NCBI GenBank assembly: GCA_002069095.1
Contig: MVZJ01000001.1
Span: 1-42,656 of the forward strand
From: Bacteroidetes bacterium ADurb.BinA174
GTDB lineage: Bacteria; Bacteroidota; Bacteroidia; Bacteroidales; Dysgonomonadaceae
Direction of reading: 5' to 3'
DNA length: 42,656 nt
This document shows positions 39,295 to 42,656 of the stretch, one piece after another (positions within the stretch are counted from its first letter, which is position 1; every line of letters begins with the position of its first letter). A program made the position numbers and the translations under genes. The notes below the pieces were generated by a model. It saw nothing but the letters and a program-made list of their open reading frames with translations. It searched no databases and was not told the origin of the DNA.

Positions 39295-41337
39295 TCAATT
39301 CACCTGGCTTCCCGGTTTTACCTCTTTCGATGTTTGAATAAGCGATAAAGTTCCATCGGCGTTTTCTGCCGAAAGAATCATTCCTTCGCTCATGATGCCG
39401 CGCAGTTTTCGTGGTTCGAGGTTGGCGATGAAGCATACTTGTTTTCCTACCAATTCTTCGGGATTTGGATAGTAGGCGGCAATGCCTGAAAGAATGGTGC
39501 GTTTGCCGATTCCGTCGTCGAGCAAAAAGCGGAGGAGCTTGTCGGCTTTAGGCACTTTTTCGCATTCCAAAACTGTTCCTACACGGATATCGAGTTTAGT
39601 AAAATCGTCAAAAACGATATTCTCTTTTATCGGTTTGGCTTTGTACTCTTTTTCTTCGTTCGCCTTTTTGGTGTCGAGTAGTTTTTGTACCTGTTTTTCG
39701 ATAACTTCGTCTTCGATTTTCTCGAAAAGCAGTTCGGCTTTGCCTAATTCGTGCCCTTCGGGCAAAAGATTGAAGTTGCCCAATTGTTCCCAATCGAATT
39801 TATCGGTATTGATAAACGAGTAGATTTTTTTCGCAGAAAACGGTAAAAACGGTTCGCAGACAATAGCCAAATTAGCAACCATTTGCAACGATAAATTAAG
39901 AATGGTAGCCGTACGGCTCATATCGGTTTTAGCCGTTTTCCAAGGCTCGGTATCAGCCAAATATTTGTTGCCGATACGTGCCAGATTCATCGCCTCTTTT
40001 TGCGCTTCGCGGAAGTGATAGTTTTCAAGGTTTTGCTCCACCGCTTCTTTCACTTTTTGCACTTCGGCAATGGTTTCGCGGTCGTAATCGGTGAGTTCGC
40101 CCACCGCGGGAACACTGTTGTTGAAATATTTTTGCGTAAGCACTAATGCACGATTGATAAAGTTGCCGAGAACGGCAACCAGTTCGTTGTTGTTGCGTGC
40201 CTGAAAATCGCGCCACGTGAAATCGTTATCTTTGGTTTCGGGTGCGTTTGCCGTGAGCGTGTAACGCAAAACATCCTCTTTTCCGGGAAATTCGTCCAAA
40301 TATTCGTGTAACCACACTGCCCAGTTGCGCGAAGTGGAAATCTTATCGCCTTCGAGGTTGAGAAACTCGTTTGCCGGAACGTTTTCGGGCAAAATAAAGG
40401 AACCTTCGGCTTTAAGCATCGCCGGAAATACGATACAGTGGAAAACAATGTTGTCTTTTCCGATAAAGTGAACCAACTTGGTTTCTTCGTCTTTCCACCA
40501 TTTTTCCCAATCGTTGGGCAGTAGCTCTTTGGTGTTGGAAATATAACCGATGGGCGCGTCAAACCAAACGTAGAGCACTTTTCCTTCGCCGCCTTCTACG
40601 GGAACGGGCACGCCCCAATCTAAGTCGCGACTTACGGCGCGAGGCTGCAAGCCTAAATCTAACCACGATTTGCATTGTCCATATACGTTGGATTTCCACT
40701 CTTTGTGGTCTTCCAAAATCCATTGGCGCAGCCAGCTTTCGTGTTGGTCTAACGGCAAGTACCAGTGTTTGGTGGCTTTCATTACGGGTGCGCTGCCGCT
40801 GAGCGTGGATTTAGGATTGATTAAATCGGTAGCGCTGAGCGATGTGCCGCACTGTTCGCATTGGTCGCCGTAGGCTTTTTCGTTGTGGCAATGCGGACAT
40901 TCGCCGGTAATATATCGGTCGGCGAGGAATTGTTGTGCCTCCTCGTCGAAGTATTGTTCGGATGTTTGTTCGATAAACTCTCCTTTTTCGTAGAGCGTTT
41001 TAAAGAAATCCGATGCCGTTTTCTTGTGAATCTCCGATGTGGTGCGCGAATAAACATCGAACGAAATGCCGAATCGTTCAAACGAATCTTTAATTAACGC
41101 GTGATATCTGTCCACGATGTCTTGCGGTGTAACACCTTCGTTACGCGCTTTTATGGTGATGGGAATTCCGTGTTCGTCGGAACCTCCGATAAAAAGAACT
41201 TCTTTACCTTTCAGGCGCGAATATCGCGCGTAAATATCGGCGGGAACATAAACTCCGGCTAAGTGACCGATGTGTACCGGGCCGTTTGCATAAGGCAATG
41301 CCGATGTAATAAGTGTACGTTTAAATTGTTTTGACAT
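39295..41337 (-). CDS. metG: Methionine--tRNA ligase
   Basis: HIGH, zinc knuckles, KISTS, C-terminal tRNA-binding domain. Confidence 0.97.
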   Translation of the reverse strand: MSKQFKRTLITSALPYANGPVHIGHLAGVYVPADIYARYSRLKGKEVLFIGGSDEHGIPITIKARNEGVTPQDIVDRYHALIKDSFERFGISFDVYSRTTSEIHKKTASDFFKTLYEKGEFIEQTSEQYFDEEAQQFLADRYITGECPHCHNEKAYGDQCEQCGTSLSATDLINPKSTLSGSAPVMKATKHWYLPLDQHESWLRQWILEDHKEWKSNVYGQCKSWLDLGLQPRAVSRDLDWGVPVPVEGGEGKVLYVWFDAPIGYISNTKELLPNDWEKWWKDEETKLVHFIGKDNIVFHCIVFPAMLKAEGSFILPENVPANEFLNLEGDKISTSRNWAVWLHEYLDEFPGKEDVLRYTLTANAPETKDNDFTWRDFQARNNNELVAVLGNFINRALVLTQKYFNNSVPAVGELTDYDRETIAEVQKVKEAVEQNLENYHFREAQKEAMNLARIGNKYLADTEPWKTAKTDMSRTATILNLSLQMVANLAIVCEPFLPFSAKKIYSFINTDKFDWEQLGNFNLLPEGHELGKAELLFEKIEDEVIEKQVQKLLDTKKANEEKEYKAKPIKENIVFDDFTKLDIRVGTVLECEKVPKADKLLRFLLDDGIGKRTILSGIAAYYPNPEELVGKQVCFIANLEPRKLRGIMSEGMILSAENADGTLSLIQTSKEVKPGSQVN

Positions 41338-41416
41338 ATTCGAGTTGCGGATTGCGCGTTTCGGATTCCGGGTTGATTCCTTAGTGCCGAAACGGTTTTA
41401 TGTAATTTTTGAGGTG

Positions 41417-41424
41417 CAAAGATA
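41417..41424 (-). promoter_or_regulatory. -7 box TATCTTTG for metG
   Basis: TAnnTTTG on the minus strand. Confidence 0.6.
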
Positions 41425-41658
41425 CAAAAAATAGCTGTTTTTCTTTTATTGTTTGGGAAATATAGAATAAAAGAAAAAGATTGTTGGTTTAGGTAGATGT
41501 GGGTCGGTGGGTGAGGAAAATAAATCCTTTACATCTTTGTATTTGCGATAAAGCTAAAAATATATTTTTAAAAATACAAAATATTGGTGATTTTGTATTC
41601 CAGAGAATGCATATTAGAGGTGTGAATTTTTTATATGCCTCCTACAAAGCTTCCAGTT

Positions 41659-41860
41659 CAATTGCCACTGCCTGTTCCGTCCCGATAAGTATCGGGATTC
41701 GGAATCCCTTTAGGGCGTGGGAAAATAGTTGGAAGTTCAATCAGCTTTAGCCAAAATTTAAATAATCTTGGGCTAAAGCCCGTTTTCAGAGCCGCGTTTT
41801 ACCCACGAGTTAAAACTCGTGGTAATTGATAAATGTTTTAGGACACATTGCGGATAATCA
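41659..41860. repeat. Composite nested palindromic (REP-doublet-like) element ending in the MITE terminal motif
   Basis: CAATTGCCAC...GTGGTAATTG outer IR, GCTTTAGCC...GGCTAAAGC inner IR, CCACGAGTT-AA-AACTCGTGG, TCCCGATA-AG-TATCGGGA. Confidence 0.65.
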
Positions 41861-41866
41861 TTTTTT

Positions 41867-42490
41867 TTATTTATTATCAATTAATTGCCTGATGTAATCC
41901 TGTTTGTTTATTTTTAGAAATTCATCAATCTTTAAATCATCAGGATTTTCTGTTTTTAGTTTTTCCAGTTCGTCTTTTCCTTCGGCTTCTTGTCCTAAAA
42001 GTATCAATGAAATAGCCCTATTCAGTCTATTTGCAGTCAAATCTTTTTTCTTTTCGGGATTATTGATTCGAGTATCAAATATTTCAATACTCTTATTATA
42101 GTATTTTTTTGCAGTCAAGGTGTCTCCTTGTCTATCATAAAGCATACCAGCAAATGTCCATCCTTCAGCAAGGTCTGGCTTTATCTCAACAACCTTATCA
42201 CTTGCTTGTAATGCCTTGTCAAACTGTTTCCTGATTAAATATATTTCAGCCATATTTGAATAAGGCAGATAATAATTTTTATCAATTTCAATTGCTTTGT
42301 AAAATAAAATCAAGGCACTATCATACTCCATTTGTTGCATTAATTGAACTGCTTTGTTATTAAATTCAATCGCTTTAGGATTATAATTAGGTTTCTCACT
42401 TTGTCCTTTGCAAGATTGTAAAATCGTAATAAAAATTAATAAGGAAATTATTAGCTTTATCCCTTTAGTTATCTTTAAATTATCAATCAT
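41867..42490 (-). CDS. TPR lipoprotein
   Basis: Lipobox LQSC, TPR repeats. Confidence 0.85.
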   Translation of the reverse strand: MIDNLKITKGIKLIISLLIFITILQSCKGQSEKPNYNPKAIEFNNKAVQLMQQMEYDSALILFYKAIEIDKNYYLPYSNMAEIYLIRKQFDKALQASDKVVEIKPDLAEGWTFAGMLYDRQGDTLTAKKYYNKSIEIFDTRINNPEKKKDLTANRLNRAISLILLGQEAEGKDELEKLKTENPDDLKIDEFLKINKQDYIRQLIDNK

Positions 42491-42656
42491 ATTGGTTGTC
42501 TTTAGTTAATATTTAACGTTCAGTTTTAGTTTTGCCAAATGCTTTATAATATGTTGCTTACGGAACTTCCGTAAACACATTTGAATTAATAGGTGTTTGC
42601 TCCACAAAAATATCATTATTTTCTCAAATTATCACTAAAATCCTCCCAAAACAACT

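Overview
Chromosomal housekeeping region of a Bacteroidales bacterium (gene content and TAnnTTTG promoters suggest a Dysgonomonadaceae/Paludibacter-like organism; this is inference). Backbone: mntP, sucCD, rpmB-rpmG-DUF4295-ftsY-rimO-HU-HU/LysM, ribH, tRNA-Tyr and tRNA-Gly, MATE, cyclophilin, sixA, the yraN-mmcQ-birA-GNAT-pyrH-frr-rsgA-cls-aroK-ald run, tadA, proABC, PIN-PhoH, dprA, bcp, recA, metG. No CRISPR array, rRNA, prophage or intact transposase/integrase is visible. The notable signal is in the junctions. (1) A solitary integron-type cassette (4613-5304) is inserted at the G of the rimO stop codon; excising it restores a continuous 7-bp-period tract. (2) A ~200-bp MITE-like palindrome (28797-28998) has a terminal motif that recurs at 41.85 kb around different REP-like cargo. 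(3) A ~50-bp diverged direct repeat brackets an erythromycin-esterase-like insert. (4) Several REP-like families and many heptamer tracts occur. (5) Several decayed pseudogenes are present (IS30 HTH, RelE/HigB toxin, AGCS symporter, ABC transporter). All alignments were done by eye.
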